From an uncultured Gammaproteobacteria bacterium (lineage in GTDB: Bacteria; Patescibacteriota; Microgenomatia; Levybacterales; UBA12049), in NCBI GenBank assembly GCA_965230895.1, contig OZ246394.1, positions 1,249,887-1,313,886 of the forward strand: 64,000 bases of DNA, read 5' to 3'. Shown piece by piece: positions 47,301-62,300 of this stretch. The position numbers were made by a program, and so were the translations under genes. Each line of letters opens with the position of its first letter. Within the stretch, counting starts at the first letter, position 1. Under the pieces are notes generated by a model, which was not told the origin of the DNA, did not search any database, and saw nothing but the letters and a program-made list of their open reading frames with translations.

Positions 47301-50300
47301 TATTGATACCCAATTGTCCTGTTTGTGTTGTACTAGTACTTCCCATTGCAGGATTAACGATATTCCAGTACAAACCATTGCCAATCGGAGTAATGTTATT
47401 GATACCGAAGTCAGACATAACTGTACCAGTCTTACCTACGACGAGACCCTTGATGTAATGGTTATTGTTTGATCCACCAGTACGAGCACCAAATCCGAAC
47501 TTCGTGTTGTCTGGATTGTACAAGTTACGAGTGTAAACGTCTCGGTAGTTGAGAACTGGTTGACCATCGATACGAACAACGATTTCGTTTCCTCGGATGA
47601 TGATATCTGCTTGCTTAAATTGGTTTGTATCGATAGTACCGTTTGGCAACACAGCTACAGCAAGTGGGTTACCAGCACCGCCACCAGTTGTGCATTGTCG
47701 ACCATCGGTAAATGGTCCGTATGTGATACCGATACAATCGTTACCTGAACCAGCACCGTATTCACTGAAGTAGATGATGTAACCCTGGGTCATGCCAGCA
47801 CCGTATTCAGTTGTAGGAACAGCATTTGCATAACTGTAGAACCAAGTACCATCAGCACCTGTACCACCACCAGCTTTGAAGTTAAATTGGATGTGTTCAT
47901 AAGGAAGCTGGTTGAAGTCCCAGTTGATTGAACCATTCTGGTTGTTTGCATTTGATGTAAGTCGAACTCCGTTACCACCACCGACGTATGATGCATTACC
48001 AGAAAGGGTAGGGACTGGATCTGCCTGGCTTCCAGTTGTTGGATCGTTAACACCGTCCCAGTAAGCGAGTGCAGCATTGGTGATAGCTGTATTAAGTGAT
48101 GCCAAACCGATATTACCTGATCCATCGACACCCAAGATACTTGTGAATGCACCAGTTGCTGTTTGTGCTGTTGTTACCTGACTGATTCTCAAACCTGAAA
48201 CATTGGTTGTACCAGAATTAATCGTAAGTGTGTTATCAAGTGATGTTGGTCCGTGCAATGTAAGTGCACCAGTGTTATTTCCGATTGTTGTTGCTGCAGT
48301 TCCAGTACTGTTGATGAGAGTTGTTCCAGTTACAGTAAGTCCGTTACTTGTTACGATTCCGTCACAAGTGAGGTTACCATTTGCATTGAATACTGTACAT
48401 CCAGTTGTACCAGTTCCACCAGCCAATTCGATGTTTCCAGTTGAAACGTTACCGATTCGGATATTTCCGGTTGTTCCAGCATTAATACTGAGTGGAGTAG
48501 CAGCAGTTGTTACGCCAAGAGCAGGAGCATTTCCAGCAAGCGAAATTGTGTTTGAGTTAATGGTGAATGTTCCTGAACCAAATGTGATTGCTCGGTTATT
48601 TGTTGTGTTAATACCAAGTGTTCCAGTTCCAGAAAGATCAAAGATTGGGTTGTTACCAGTTAAGTTAAATGCAGTAGATGCAAAGTTTGATGTTGCACCG
48701 GATACTGTCAAACCACCATTGATTGTTGTTGTACTTCCAGATGCTCCGATTGAAAGGGTAGAAGCGCCGCCACCAATGTTAAGTGTTGATGTTTGTACTG
48801 TGTTAAACAAGTTTACTGTTGTTCCAGAAGTTGCATACAAGTCACCGCCGTTAACGATCAAGTCGCCAGTCATTGTTGTATTACCAGTTCCAAGGAATGA
48901 GTATGATGGGTTAGTTGAACCGTTACCGAATGAGATGTTTTCTGTACCATTTGTTGTGTTGATGTTAATGTAATTGTTTGCACCTTCCTGGATATCAAGA
49001 GCATCTGTATTGTTATCAACCAAGTTTGCAGTGATATCATTTCCAGCACCATTTGCTGTTAATGTAACAGTTGTTCCAGAAGCAGTGATTGCATCTCCAC
49101 CGTCTCCGATGTTTGCGATACCATTTGCAGTGAGTGTACCAGCAACGGTTAATCCATTATTTACTGTTGTTGTGCCAGTTGCTGCACCGAGTGAGACAGT
49201 TGTAGCAGCTCCGCCGATGTTCAATGTAGTAGCAGTTGTGTTGAACAAGTTCGCTGTTGCTTTTGCAGCAGTTAACGTTGATTGAGTAGTTCCATCGATT
49301 GTCAAACCACTTGATGCTGTTACTGCGCCGGTCAATGTAGAAATACCATCAACAGTTAATGTACCGTTTGCCTGTATGTTTCCAGCGTTACTGATACTCA
49401 CACCAGTTGACCCATAACCTCCGCCAACATTTACTGTATCAAATCCTGCAGTTGCACTTGTTGCTGCAATACTTGTTGCGTTAGGGAAGTTGATTGTTGT
49501 TCCTCGGATATTTCCAGTCGCATTTGTTGCGCCCAAAGTGTATGTTGTTGCAGCTCCACCGATATTCAATGTCGTTGCTCCAGTGTTGAAGAGGGAAGCA
49601 GTACCAGCAGTTGTTGTAAGATCTCCACCATTAAGAGCTGCATCTCCACCACTTGTGATGTCACCATTTGCACCGTTGACTGAGAAGTTTGTACCAGCGA
49701 TATCATTTGCACCAATTGAAAGAGCTGTTCCGATATCTGCATTACTGACATCAAGCGCAGTTGTAACATTGCCACTTGGTGTGCCAACGATTCTCAAAGC
49801 GATTGGCAATGCTCGATCGGTGTCTTGGTTTTGGATCAAAACGAGTTGTGTAGGATCTGCTGTCCCAGCGCCATTTGCCCGTGAGATTTCAATGCCACCT
49901 GTTGAACCAGTTGCCGTTGTAACTGTGAACTTAGAATCAGCAGTAGTGTCAGCAAGAGTGAATGCGATATCTTTGTTGTTTGTTGTTGTGATTGCATTGC
50001 CATTGTCATATGCACTTTGGAGACTTTGTGATGCAGCTGCACAAGTAACAACTTGGTTTGAACCATTTGTACAAAGTCCAGTTCCAGTAGCAGTTGTCAA
50101 ACCATTCAATGTTAAGAATGAATCAGCATCTGAAGTGATAGTAACTCCATTTGTTCCTGATGGTGAGAAGTTAGATTGACCATTTGCTGTGAATGTCTGA
50201 CCTGATGCAACTGTCAAACTACTGTTAAATGTTGCTGTTCCTCCAGCTGCACCGATTGCCATTGTTGTAGCAGCGCCACCGATGTTTACTGTTGTTGCGT

Positions 50301-53300
50301 TTGCATTAACCAAATTGAATGTTCCGGCAGTTGTTGTAATATCACCACCATTTACAGCAACGTCTCCAGTAGCAGTGACATTACCAGTTAATGTTGAAGT
50401 TCCATCGACAGTTAAGGTCCCATTTGCTTGGATATTTCCAGTGTTACTGACACTAACTCCAGTTGATCCGTATCCACCACCGATTGAGAGGGAATCAGCA
50501 TTGAATGCTGCTGTCAAAGCAGAGATTGTTGTTGCATTGTTGAAGTTAATTGTTGTTCCTCGGAGGTTTCCAGTCGCGTTGGTTGCACCGATTGTGTATG
50601 CAGTTGCAGCGCCACCCATGTTCAATGTCGTTGCATTTGTATTGAATACTGTTGCCGTACCAGTTCCTGATGTTGTGATGTCGCTTCCATTGACAGCCAA
50701 GTCACCTGATGTTGTGATATTACCAGTTGATCCAGTGATAGAGAAGTTAGTTGCTGATAAGTTGCTTGCACCAAGAGCGATACCAGTTGTGATACTTGCA
50801 TCAGAGACATCAAGTCCAGTTGTAACGCCACCACCACCAGATGATGTAACCTTCAAACCTGTTGGAACAGCTCGATTTGTGTCAGCATTGTCGATCAAGA
50901 TCAATTGTGCAGGATCTGAAGTGCCAGCACCATTAGCTCGTGAGAATGTAGAGAATCCAGTTGATCCATCAGCAGTTGTAACAGCGAAGTTAGAATCAGT
51001 TGCAGTGTCAGCGAGTGTGAATCCGATGTTTCGAGCATCTGTTGTTGTGATAGTGTTACCGTTGTTGTATGCAGTTTGCAAGTTAAGTGAAGATGCATTA
51101 CATGTACCAACATTATTTGATCCATCAAGACAGAGTGTAGTACCAGCAACTGATTGCAAACCAGTCAAGATCAATGTTGAATCAGCATCAGTTGCGAAAG
51201 TAATATCATTTGTACTATTTGGTGAGAATGAAACTGCACCAGCTGTTGTGAATGTACTGTTGTTTCCGACTGTCAAAGCATTTCGGACAGTTGTTGTACC
51301 TGTTGTTGCACCGAGTGTCATTGTTGTTGCAGCTCCACCAACATTCACTGTTGTTGCGGTTGTATTAAACAAGTTCGCTGTTGTCTTTGATGAGATCAAA
51401 TCTGATGTCGATGCACCATTGATTGTAACTCCATTTGATGCTGTAACTGCACCTGTCAATGTAGAAGTTCCGTCAACTGTGAGGTTGCCATTTGCTTGGA
51501 CATCTCCAGCACTTGAAACTGAAACTCCAGTTGAACCATAACCGCCGCCGATTGCAGTTGATGAGATGTTTAATGCTGCTGAATTTGCAGTGATTGATGT
51601 TGCGTTAGGGAAGTTGATTGTTGTACCTCGGATATTTTGTGTTGCATTGGTTGCACCGGTTGTGATACTTGTTGCTGCACTTCCCATTGTTACTGTTGTT
51701 GCATTTGTATCAAAGAGTGAGCCAGTAGTTGCAGTTGTTGAAAGTGTACCGCCATTAACTGCGACGTTTCCAGCAGTTGTGATGTTACCATTCGCTCCTG
51801 AGATAGAGAAGTTACTTGCTGAGACATCATTTGCACCGAGTGAAAGTGCTGTAACGATAGATGCATCTGAGAGATCAAGTGCAGTTGTTACACCAGCGCC
51901 ACCAGTTGATCCGATCTTGAGTCCTGTTGGCAAGATTCGATCAGCATCAGCATTGTCGATCAAGACGAGTTGTGATGGATCAGCAGATCCTGCGCCATTT
52001 GCTCTTGCGAAGACTGTTCCGCCAGTTGAACCATCAGCAGTTGTGATGTTGAAGTTAGCATCAGTTGCAGTGTCAGCCAATGTGAATCCGATGTTTCTGT
52101 TATTTGTTGTAGTGATTGTATTTCCATTGTCATAAGCAGCTTGCAAACTTGCATTTGCTGTCAAATCACATTTAACAACTTGATTTGAACCGTTAACACA
52201 AAGTGTTGGTTGTGCACCTGATGCTGTTGTCAAACCACTGATTGTTAAGAATGAATCAGAATCTGTTGCGATTGTTACACCATTTGTACTGTTAGGGGAG
52301 AATGATACTGCGCCAGTTGTTGTGAGCGCACTATTGTTAGCAACAGTCAAAGCATTTCGGACAGTTGTTGTACCAGTAGTTGCACCGAGTGAAACAGTAG
52401 TTGCTGCGTTACCAATATTCAATGTCGTTGCGTTTGTATTGAATAATGTTGCTGTTGCGAATGTTGTTGTAAGGTCTCCACCATTAAGAGCCAAGTCACC
52501 ACTTGAAGTGATGTTACCAGTCAATGTTGATGCTCCGTCAACTGTCAATGTACCATTTGCTTGGATGTTGCCAGCGTTACTGACACTAACTCCAGTTGAT
52601 CCATATCCGCCACCGATTGTTGCTGCATCGATTGTGAGAGTTGCGCCACTTGCATTCAATGCTGTTGCATTTGGAAGACTGACAGTTTGATTATTAATTG
52701 TTGCTGTACCACTTGCTCCACCGATGTTCAATGTTGTAGCAGCTCCAGCGAAGTTAACAGTCGTTGCAGTTGCATCAACCAAGTTGAATGTTGTCTGGTT
52801 TGTTGAGATAGTTCCACCATTTGCAGCGATTGAACCATTAGTTGAAAGGTTACCGTTACTACCAGTGAGTGAGAAGTTGGTTGCTGTGATGTCATTTGCG
52901 CCAAGTGAAAGTGCATTGACGATTTCAGCATCTGAGAGATCAAGTGCGTTTGTGATTCCACCAGCTGCAGCTTGGACTTTAATACCTGCTGCAACTGCTC
53001 GGTTTGTATCCAAGTTATCAACCAAGATCAATTGGTTTGGATCTGCAGTTCCAGCGCCATTTGCTCGAGTGAATGCTGAGTAACCAGTTGATCCATCAGC
53101 TGTTGTGATAGTGAAGTTACTATCAGTTGTTGTGTCAGCAAGTGTAAATCCGATGTCTCGTGCATCAGTTGTAGCAATTGTGTTTCCAGCATTATATGCA
53201 GCTTGGAGAGAGAATGATGCAGCTGAACATGTACCAACGTTATTTGATCCATCAACACAGAGAGTTGATCCGGCAACTGATTGCAAACCAGTTAATACCA

Positions 53301-56300
53301 ATGTTGAATCAGCATCAGTATTGATTGTGATATCACTTGTACTTGCTGGAGTAAATGATACTGCACCAGTTGAAGTGAGTGAACTGTTGTTACCGATTGA
53401 AAGGTTGTTGTTAACAGTTGTCGTACCAGTTGCTGCGCCGAGTGAAACAGTAGTCGCAGCACCACCAACATTCAATGTTGTTGCTCCTGTGTTGAATAGT
53501 GTTGCAGTACCAGATGTTGTCGTAAGATCTCCACCGTTCAATGCGATGTCTCCAGTTGCAGTAACATTTCCAGTTAATGTGGAAGTGCCATCAACAGTTA
53601 ATGTACCGTTTGCTTGAATGTTACCAGCATTACTGATTGTTGCACCAGTAGAACCGTATCCACCGCCGATTGCAACACTATCAAATGTAGCAGCAGCTTG
53701 TGGAGCAGTGAATGATGTAGCGTTAGCAAAGTTAATTGTTGCGTTTCTGATGTTAGCTGTACCAGTTGTTGCACCGATATTTAATGTCGTTGCAGCACCA
53801 CCAACATTAAGTGTTGTTGCTGTTGTATTGAAGAGGGAAGCAGTTGTTTGATTAGTTGTAAGATCGCCACCATTAACTGCGATATCACCAGCAGTTGTGA
53901 TGTTTCCATTTGAACCAGTGATTGAGAAGTTCGTTGCACTGACATCATTTGCACCGAGTGAGAGAGCGTTAACGATTGATGCATCTGAAAGGTCAAGTGC
54001 AGTTGTCACACCAGCTCCACCAGATGATCCGATTTTCAAACCAACTGGCAAGATTCGATCTGCATCCAAGTTATCGATCAAGACTAATTGTGTTGGATCA
54101 TTTGTACCAGCACCATTTGCTCGAGCAAATACTGAGTAACTTGATGAATTATCAGCTGTTGTTACTGAGAAGTTAGAATCAGTAGCTGTATCAGCCAAAG
54201 TGAATGAGATGTCTCGGTTGTTTGTTGTTGTGATAGTGTTTCCATTGTTGTATGCAGCTTGCAAACCTTGTGACGCTGAGTTACATGTACCAACGTTATT
54301 TGAACCATCGATACAAAGTGCTGTTCCTGTAAGTGACTGCAAACCAGTCAATACCAAAGTTGAATCAGCATCAGTATTGATTGTTACATCGTTTGTACTG
54401 TTAGGGGAGAATGATACTGCACCAGCGGTTGTGAATGTACTGTTGTTTCCAACAGTCAAAGCGTTTCGAACTGTTGTTGTACCAGTTGTTGCACCGAGAT
54501 TAAGAGCTGTAGCAGCACCACCAACATTCAATGTTGTTGCTGTAGTGTTAAACAAGTTCGCTGTTGTTTGTGTTGTGTTGATTGTTCCTGAGTTAGCATT
54601 GATGTTGCCAGTTGCAGTTAATGTACCAGAAACAGTTGCTGCGCCATCAACCCCGAGATTACCATTCATATTGATGTCTCCAGCATTTGTGATTGTTGTA
54701 CCACTTGAACCATAACCGCCACCGATTTGGATACTGTCAAATGTTGCTGCAGCTTGAGGAGCAGTGAATGAAGTTGCATTAGCAAAGTTGATTGTCGCGT
54801 TTCTGATGTTTGCAGTACCAGTAGTTGCTCCGATATTTAATGTGGTAGCAGCGCCACCGACGTTCAATGTCGTTGCATTTGTATTGAACAAGTTAGCTGT
54901 TGTTTGGTTTGTATTGATTGTTCCGGAATTAGCATTGATATTTCCTGAGAATGTACTTGCGCCAGTTCCGAGGAATGAGAATGTTGGATTAGTTATGGTG
55001 TTACCGAATGCAAGATTCTCAGCACCATTTGTTGTGTTCAAGTTAATGTAGTTATTTGAACCTTCCTGGATATCAAGAGCGTTTGCATTACCATCAACAA
55101 CATTTGCAACCAAGTTGTTATTCAATGTTGTTATGCCAGTTCCAGCACCAAGTGCAACTGTTGTAGCAGCACCACCGATGTTGAGTGTCGTAGCAGTTCC
55201 ATTGATCAAGTTAAATGTTCCAGCAGTTGTTGTAAGGTCGCCACCATTCACTGCGATGTCGCTTGCAGCAGTTACATTACCAGTTAATGTTGAAGTACTA
55301 TCAACTGTCAAAGTTCCGTTTGTTTGGATATTTCCAGCATTACTGACTGTCATACCAGTTGAACCGTAACCGCCGCCGACATTTAATGTGTCGATGTTTG
55401 CAGTAGCACCAGTTGCATTGATTACAGTTGCATTTGGAAGTGAGATTGTCGCATTGTTGATTGTTGCTGTTCCAGTGTTTGCACCCAAGTTCAATGTAGT
55501 AGCAGCGCCACCAATATTCAAAGTAGTAGCAGTTCCATTGAAGAGGGAAGCAGTGGTTTGATTTGTTGTAAGATCTCCACCATTAACTGCAACGTCTGCT
55601 GCTGTTGTAACATTACCTGTCAAAGTTGAAGTACCATCGATTGTTAATGTTCCGTTTGCTTGGATATTTCCTGTACTGCCAAGTGTTACACCAGTTGAGC
55701 CGTATCCGCCGCCAGCGTTAACAACATCAAATCCAGCTGTTGCTGAAGTACCATCAATTGTTGTCGCGTTAGGGAAGTTGATTGTTGTTCCTCGGATGTT
55801 ACCAGTTGCTCCAGTTCCACCGATTGTGTATGTGTTTGCAGCGCCGCCGATATTCAATGTCGTAACTCCAGAGTTAAGGAGATTGAATGTTGTTGCACTT
55901 GATGTTACGTCACCACCATTTACTGCAACGTCACCAGCAGTAGTGATGTTACCAGTTGCTCCGATAGTTCCTGAAGTTGAAACATTACCATTAGAACCGG
56001 TTACTGAGAAATTAGTACCAGTGATATCATTTGCACCGAATGAAAGAGCAGTACCGATTTCAGCATCTGATACATCAAGTGCTGTCGTGATGCCACCAGC
56101 AGCTGATTGGATCTTAATACCTGCTGGGACAGCTTCATTTGTATCCAAGTTCTCAACCATTACGAGTTGTGCTGGTGGAGTTGTGTTTGTGCCGTTAGCC
56201 AAACCGAAGTATGAATAGCCAGTTGATCCTGCAGCTGTTGTAACAGTGAAGTTAGAATCAGTTGATGTGTTAGCCAAGTTGAATGCGATGTCTCGTGCGT

Positions 56301-59300
56301 CTGTTGTTGTGATTGTGTTACCACCAGCATATGCGTTTTGGAGACTGAGTGTTGCATTTGCACATTGGACAACATTGTTTCCTCCGTCGAGACAGAGTGG
56401 AGTACCGGTTGTTGTTCCCAAACCATTCAAGATTATTGTTGAATCAGTATCAGTTGTGAAGGTTATGTCATTTGTACTGTCTGGAGCAAATGTACTTGCA
56501 CCATTTGCTGTGAATGATTGACCAGTTGCGACAGTTGCTCCAGCATTGAATGTTGCCAAGCCAGTTGCAGTTGTTGTTCCGTCGATCAAAAGGTCATTCT
56601 TAATGTTTGTTGTACCAGTTGCAGCACCCAAGTTAAGAGCAGTAGCAGCGCCGCCAACATTCAATGTTGTAACGCCAGTGTTCAAGAGATTAAATGTGCC
56701 AGCAGATGAAGTTAAGTCTCCACCGTTAATTGCGACATCACCAGTTGCAGTTACATTTCCGGTTAATGTAGAAGTGCCATCGATTGTTAAGTTGCCATTT
56801 GCTTGGATGTTTCCAGCATTAGAGAGAGTTGCTCCAGTTGATCCATATCCACCACCAACGTTCAATGTATCAAATCCAGCAGTTGCTGAAGTTCCATCGA
56901 TAGTTGTTGCATTAGGGAAGTTGATAGTTGTTCCTCGGATGTTTCCAGTTGCTGATGTTGCACCCAAAGTGTATGTCGTTGCAGCGCCACCGATGTTAAG
57001 CGTTGTAGCATTTGTATTGAACAAGTTAGCTGTTGTTTGGTTTGTAGCCAATGTTCCAGAATTTGCATTGATGTTGCCAGTTGCTGTAATTGTCCCTGAT
57101 GTTGTGATGTTTCCGTTACTGCCAGTGATAGAGAAGTTCGTAGCAGTGACATCATTTGCACCGAGTGATAATGCATTAACAATTTCAGGATCTGAGAGAT
57201 CAAGGGCATTTGTGATACCACCAGCAGCTGATTGGATTCGGATTCCAGCAGCGACAGCTCGATCTGTATCCAAGTTATCAACCAAGATCAATTGTGCAGG
57301 GTCTGAAGTTCCAGCGCCATTTGCTCGTGCGAAGATACTTGTACCAGTTGAACCATCAGCTGTTGTAACTGTGAAGTTAGAATCAGTTGCAGTATTTGTC
57401 AATGTGAATGCGATGTCTCGAGCATCTGTTGTGTCGATTGTATTGCCACCAACATATGCATTTTGGAGATTAAGTGTTGCATTTGCACATTGGACAACAT
57501 TATTTGATCCGTCGAGACAAAGTGCTGTACCAGATGCTGTTCCAAGTCCAGTTAAGATGAATGTTGAATCAGCATCAGTTGCAAAGGTAATGTCATTTGT
57601 ACCGTTTGGTGTGAATGTACTTGTACCGTTTGCTGTCAATGTTTGGCCTGATGGGATAGTTGCGCCACCATTGAATGTTGCCAAACCAGTTGCAGTCAAA
57701 GCATTATTGACTGTTGTTGTTCCAGAACCAGCACCAAGTGAAACAGTTGTTGCAGCGCCACCGATATTCAAAGTAGTAGCAGTTCCGTTAAAGAGGGAAG
57801 CAGTTGTTTGGTTGGTTGTAAGATCTCCACCATTGACCGCTACGTCTGCACCAGCTGTTACATTTCCTGTAAGTGTTGAAACTCCATCGATTGTCAAAGT
57901 TCCATTTGCTTGGATGTTTCCAGTATTTGAAAGGGTAGTGCCAGTTGAACCGTATCCGCCACCGATTTGAATACTATCAAATGTTGCAGCAGCTTGAGGA
58001 GCAGTGAATGACGTAGCGTTAGCAAAATTGATAGTAGCGTTTCGGATGTTTGCAGTACCAGTAGTTGCACCAAGTGTGAGTGAAGTAGCAGCGCCACCAA
58101 TATTCAATGTTGTAGCAGTTGTATTGAACAAGTTACCAGTTGTCTGTGATGTAGCAATTGTTCCTGAATTAGCATTGATGTTGCCAGTGAATGTGCTCGC
58201 ACCAGTTCCTAAGAATGAGTAAGTTGGATTGGTTGTTGTGTTACCGAATGAGATGTTTTCAGCACCGTCAGTTGTGTTGACGTTAATGTAATTGTTTGTA
58301 CCTTGTTGGATATCAAGAGCATTTGCATTGTTATCAACCATGTTGACGTTCAAGTTGTTATTCAATGTCGTTGTACCTGTACCAGCACCGATGTTTACAT
58401 CTGTAGCAGCGCCACCAACGTTAAGTGTTGTAGCATTTGTGTTTGCGATGTTCATTGTACTTGCGCTTGTTGTGATGTCGCCACCATTTACAGCAACATC
58501 ACCAGCAGCTGTTACATTGCCAGTTAGTGTAGAAGTACCATCAATTGTGAGATCTCCGTTTGCTGAGATGTTTCCATTGTTTGCGATAGTAGCACCAGTT
58601 GATCCATAACCTCCACCGACATTCACTGCATCAACATTTGCAGTAGCTCCAGTTGCATTGATTGCAGTTGCATTTGGAAGTGAGAGCGTAGCATTGTTAA
58701 TTGTTGCTGTACCACTGTTTGCACCGATGTTCACAGTTGTAGCAGCTCCACCAACGTTCAATGTTGTAGCATTTGCATTGAAGACATTTGCAGTTCCAGC
58801 AGTTGTTGTAAGTGAACCGCCGTTAACTGCAACGTTTCCAGCAGTTGTGATGTTTCCGTTACTACCAGTGATAGAGAAGTTAGTCGCAGTTACATCATTT
58901 GCTCCGAGAGATAATGCGTTAACGATTTCAGGATCTGAAAGATCAAGAGCATTCGTGATTCCACCAGCTGCAGCTTGGATCTTGATGCCAGCAGCAACAG
59001 CTCGGTCTGTGTCCAAGTTATCAACCAAGATCAATTGTGCAGGGTCTGAAGTTCCAGCGCCATTTGCTCGAGTGAATGTTGAGTAGCCAGTTGAACCATC
59101 AGCTGTTGTAACTGAGAAATTACTGTCAGTTGTTGTGTTAGCCAACGTGAATGCGATGTCTCGAGCATCTGTTGTATTGATTGTATTTCCACCATTGTAT
59201 GCAGATTGCAATGTTGTTGTGTTCGCTGAACACTTTGTAACGTTGTTACTACCATCAACACAGAGTTGTGAACCAGCTGTTACTGGGGTTGTAAGGCCTG

Positions 59301-62300
59301 AGATGTTCAAGAATGAATCAGTATCAGTTGTGATGTTGATGTCATTAGTGCCATCAGGTGAGAAGTTAGATTGGCCATTTGCATTGAATGTTTGACCAGT
59401 TGCGACAGTTGCACCAGCATTTGCAGTGATCAAGCCAGTAGCAGTCAGCGCATTGTTAACAGTTGTTGTGCCAGTACTTGCACCGAGTGAAACAGTTGTT
59501 GCAGCGTTACCGATATTCAATGTAGTTGCAGTTGCATTGAAGAGGGAAGCAGTTGTTTGGTTTGTAGTGATGTCTCCGCCATTAACTGCGATGTCTCCAC
59601 CTGCTGTTACATTACCAGTTAATGTTGATATACCATCAACAGTTAGTGTACCGTTTGCTTGGATGTTTCCAGTGTTACTGATTGAGACTCCAGTTGAACC
59701 GTATCCACCGCCGATTGCTGTTGATGCAAATGTCGCAGCAGCATTTGGAGCAGTGAATGATGTAGCATTACCGAAGTTAACTGTTGCATTGTTGATGTTT
59801 GCAGTACCAGTAGTTGCACCGATATTTACTGATGTAGCAGCACCTCCAACGTTCAATGTTGTTGCATTTGCATTGAAGACATTTGCAGTTCCAGCAGTTG
59901 TTGTAAGTGAACCACCGTTAACTGCAACGTTTCCTGCTGTTGTGATGTTACCATTTGAACCATCGATAGAGAAGTTAGTAGCAGTGACATTATTTGCACC
60001 GAGTGAGAGCGCATTCACGATTTCAGCGTCAGAGAGATCGATTGCATTGGTGATTGTTCCAGCAGCTGATTGGATCTTAAGACCTGCTGCGAGTGTTTCA
60101 TTTGCGTCATTATTTTCGATCAAGACCAATTGTCCAGCAGGAGCAGCATTTGAGCCATCAGCCAAACCGAAGTATGAATAGCCAGTTGATCCAGCTGCTG
60201 TTGTGACTGTGAAGTTAGCATCAGTTGTTGTGTTATCAAGTGTGAAGTCGATATCTCGGCCATCAGTTGTAACGATTTCATTGCCACCATCATATGCACC
60301 TTGCAACGTAACTGCTGCAGTTGAACAGATAACGATGTTGTTACTACCATCAATACAAATGTTATCTCCAGCAGCAGTTGTAAGACCTGAAACATTCAAG
60401 AATGAATCAGCATCAGTTGTGATGTTGATGTCATTTGTCCCGTCAGGAGAGAATGTTGATTGACCATTTGCTGAGAATGTCTGACCAGTCGCAACAGTTG
60501 CACCAGCATTAAATGTTGCGAGACCAGTTGATGTTGTTGTTCCATCGATAAGCAAATTGTTGTTAACATTTGTAGTTCCAGAACCAGCACCGATGTTAAC
60601 TGAAGTACCAGCACCAGCGATGTTAACTGTAGTTGCAGTTGCATTGAAGAGGGAAGCAGTTGTCTGACTTGTTGTGATGTCGCCTCCGTTAACTGCGAGA
60701 TCAGCACCAGCAGTGACGTTTCCAGTCAATGTTGAAGTACCATCAACAGTTAATGTGCCGTTTGCTTGGATGTTTCCACCATTTGAAAGGGTAGTACCAG
60801 TTGAACCATAACCGCCACCAATTTGGATTGAATCAAATGTAGCAGCAGCTTGAGGAGCAGTAAATGATGTTGCATTCGCAAAGTTGATTGTTGCATTTCG
60901 GATGTTAGCTGTACCAGTTGTTGCGCCGATATTAAGAGTTGCAGCAGCACCACCAACATTAAGCGTAGTAGCAGTTGTGTTGAACAAGTTACCAGTTGTT
61001 TGTGTTGTAGCCAATGTTCCAGAGTTAGCATTGATGTTTCCAGTAGCAGTGATAGTTCCACCAGTTGAAACGTTTCCGTTAGAACCGGTTACTGAGAAGT
61101 TAGTTCCAGTGATATCATTTGCACCGAATGAGAGAGCAGTACCAATTTCAGCATCACTTACATCAAGCGCTGTTGTGATACCGCCAGCAGCTGATTGGAT
61201 TCGGATTCCAGCTGCGATTGCTTCATTGGTATCGTTATTTTCAATCAATACCAATTGATTTGCAGGAGCAGCATTTGAGCCATCAGCCAAACCGAAGTAT
61301 GAGTATCCAGTTGAACCAGCAGCTGTAGTAACAGTGAAGTTACTGTCAGTAGCTGTATCAGCCAAAGTAAATCCGATGTTTCGGTTGTTTGTTGTTGTGA
61401 TAGTGTTTCCAGCATCGTATGCAGATTGCAATGTTCCAGCAGTTGTTGTACAAACAACGACATTGTTACTGCCATCGAGACAGAGGTTATCGCCAGTACC
61501 AGTTCCCAAACCGTTCAATGTGAAGAATGAATCAGCATCAGTGTTGAATGTTATACCGTTTGTGCTGTCAGGGGAGAAGGTTGACTGGCCGTTTGCTGTG
61601 AATGTTTCGCCAGTTGCGACAGTTGCGCCGCCATTAAGTGTAGCCAAATCATCAACTGTCAAAGCGTTGTTCACTGTTGTTGTTCCTGATCCAGCACCGA
61701 TATTAACTGAAGTTGCAGCTCCGGCTACATTTACTGTTGTAGCATTTGTATTAAAGACATTTGCAGTTCCAGCTGTTGTTGTAACATCTCCACCATTTAC
61801 AGCGACATCACCAGCAGTTGTAACATCTCCAGTTAATGTAGAAGTACCATCAACTGTGAGGTTGCCATTTGCTTGGATGTTACCAGTGTTACTGATACTA
61901 ACTCCAGTTGAACCGTAACCGCCACCGATTGTTGTACTATCAAGTGATGCAGCTGCGAGACTTGCATCTATTGTTGTAGCGTTAGGGAAGTTGATAGTTG
62001 TTCCTCGGATAGTTCCAGTTGCTGAAGTTCCGCCGATTGTGTAAGCAGTGGTTGCGCCACCAACATTGAGTGTCGTTACTCCAGTGTTGAGGAGATTGAA
62101 TGTACCAGCAGAGGATGTTAAGTCACCACCGTTTACAGCAATGTCACCAGTAGTTGTTACGTTGCCAGTTAATGTTGAAGTTCCATCGATAACCAAATTA
62201 CCATTTGCTGAGATGTTACCGTTATTTGCAAGTGTTGTACCAGTAGAACCATAACCGCCACCAACTGCGATTGAATCAAATGTCGCAGCTGCATTTGGAG

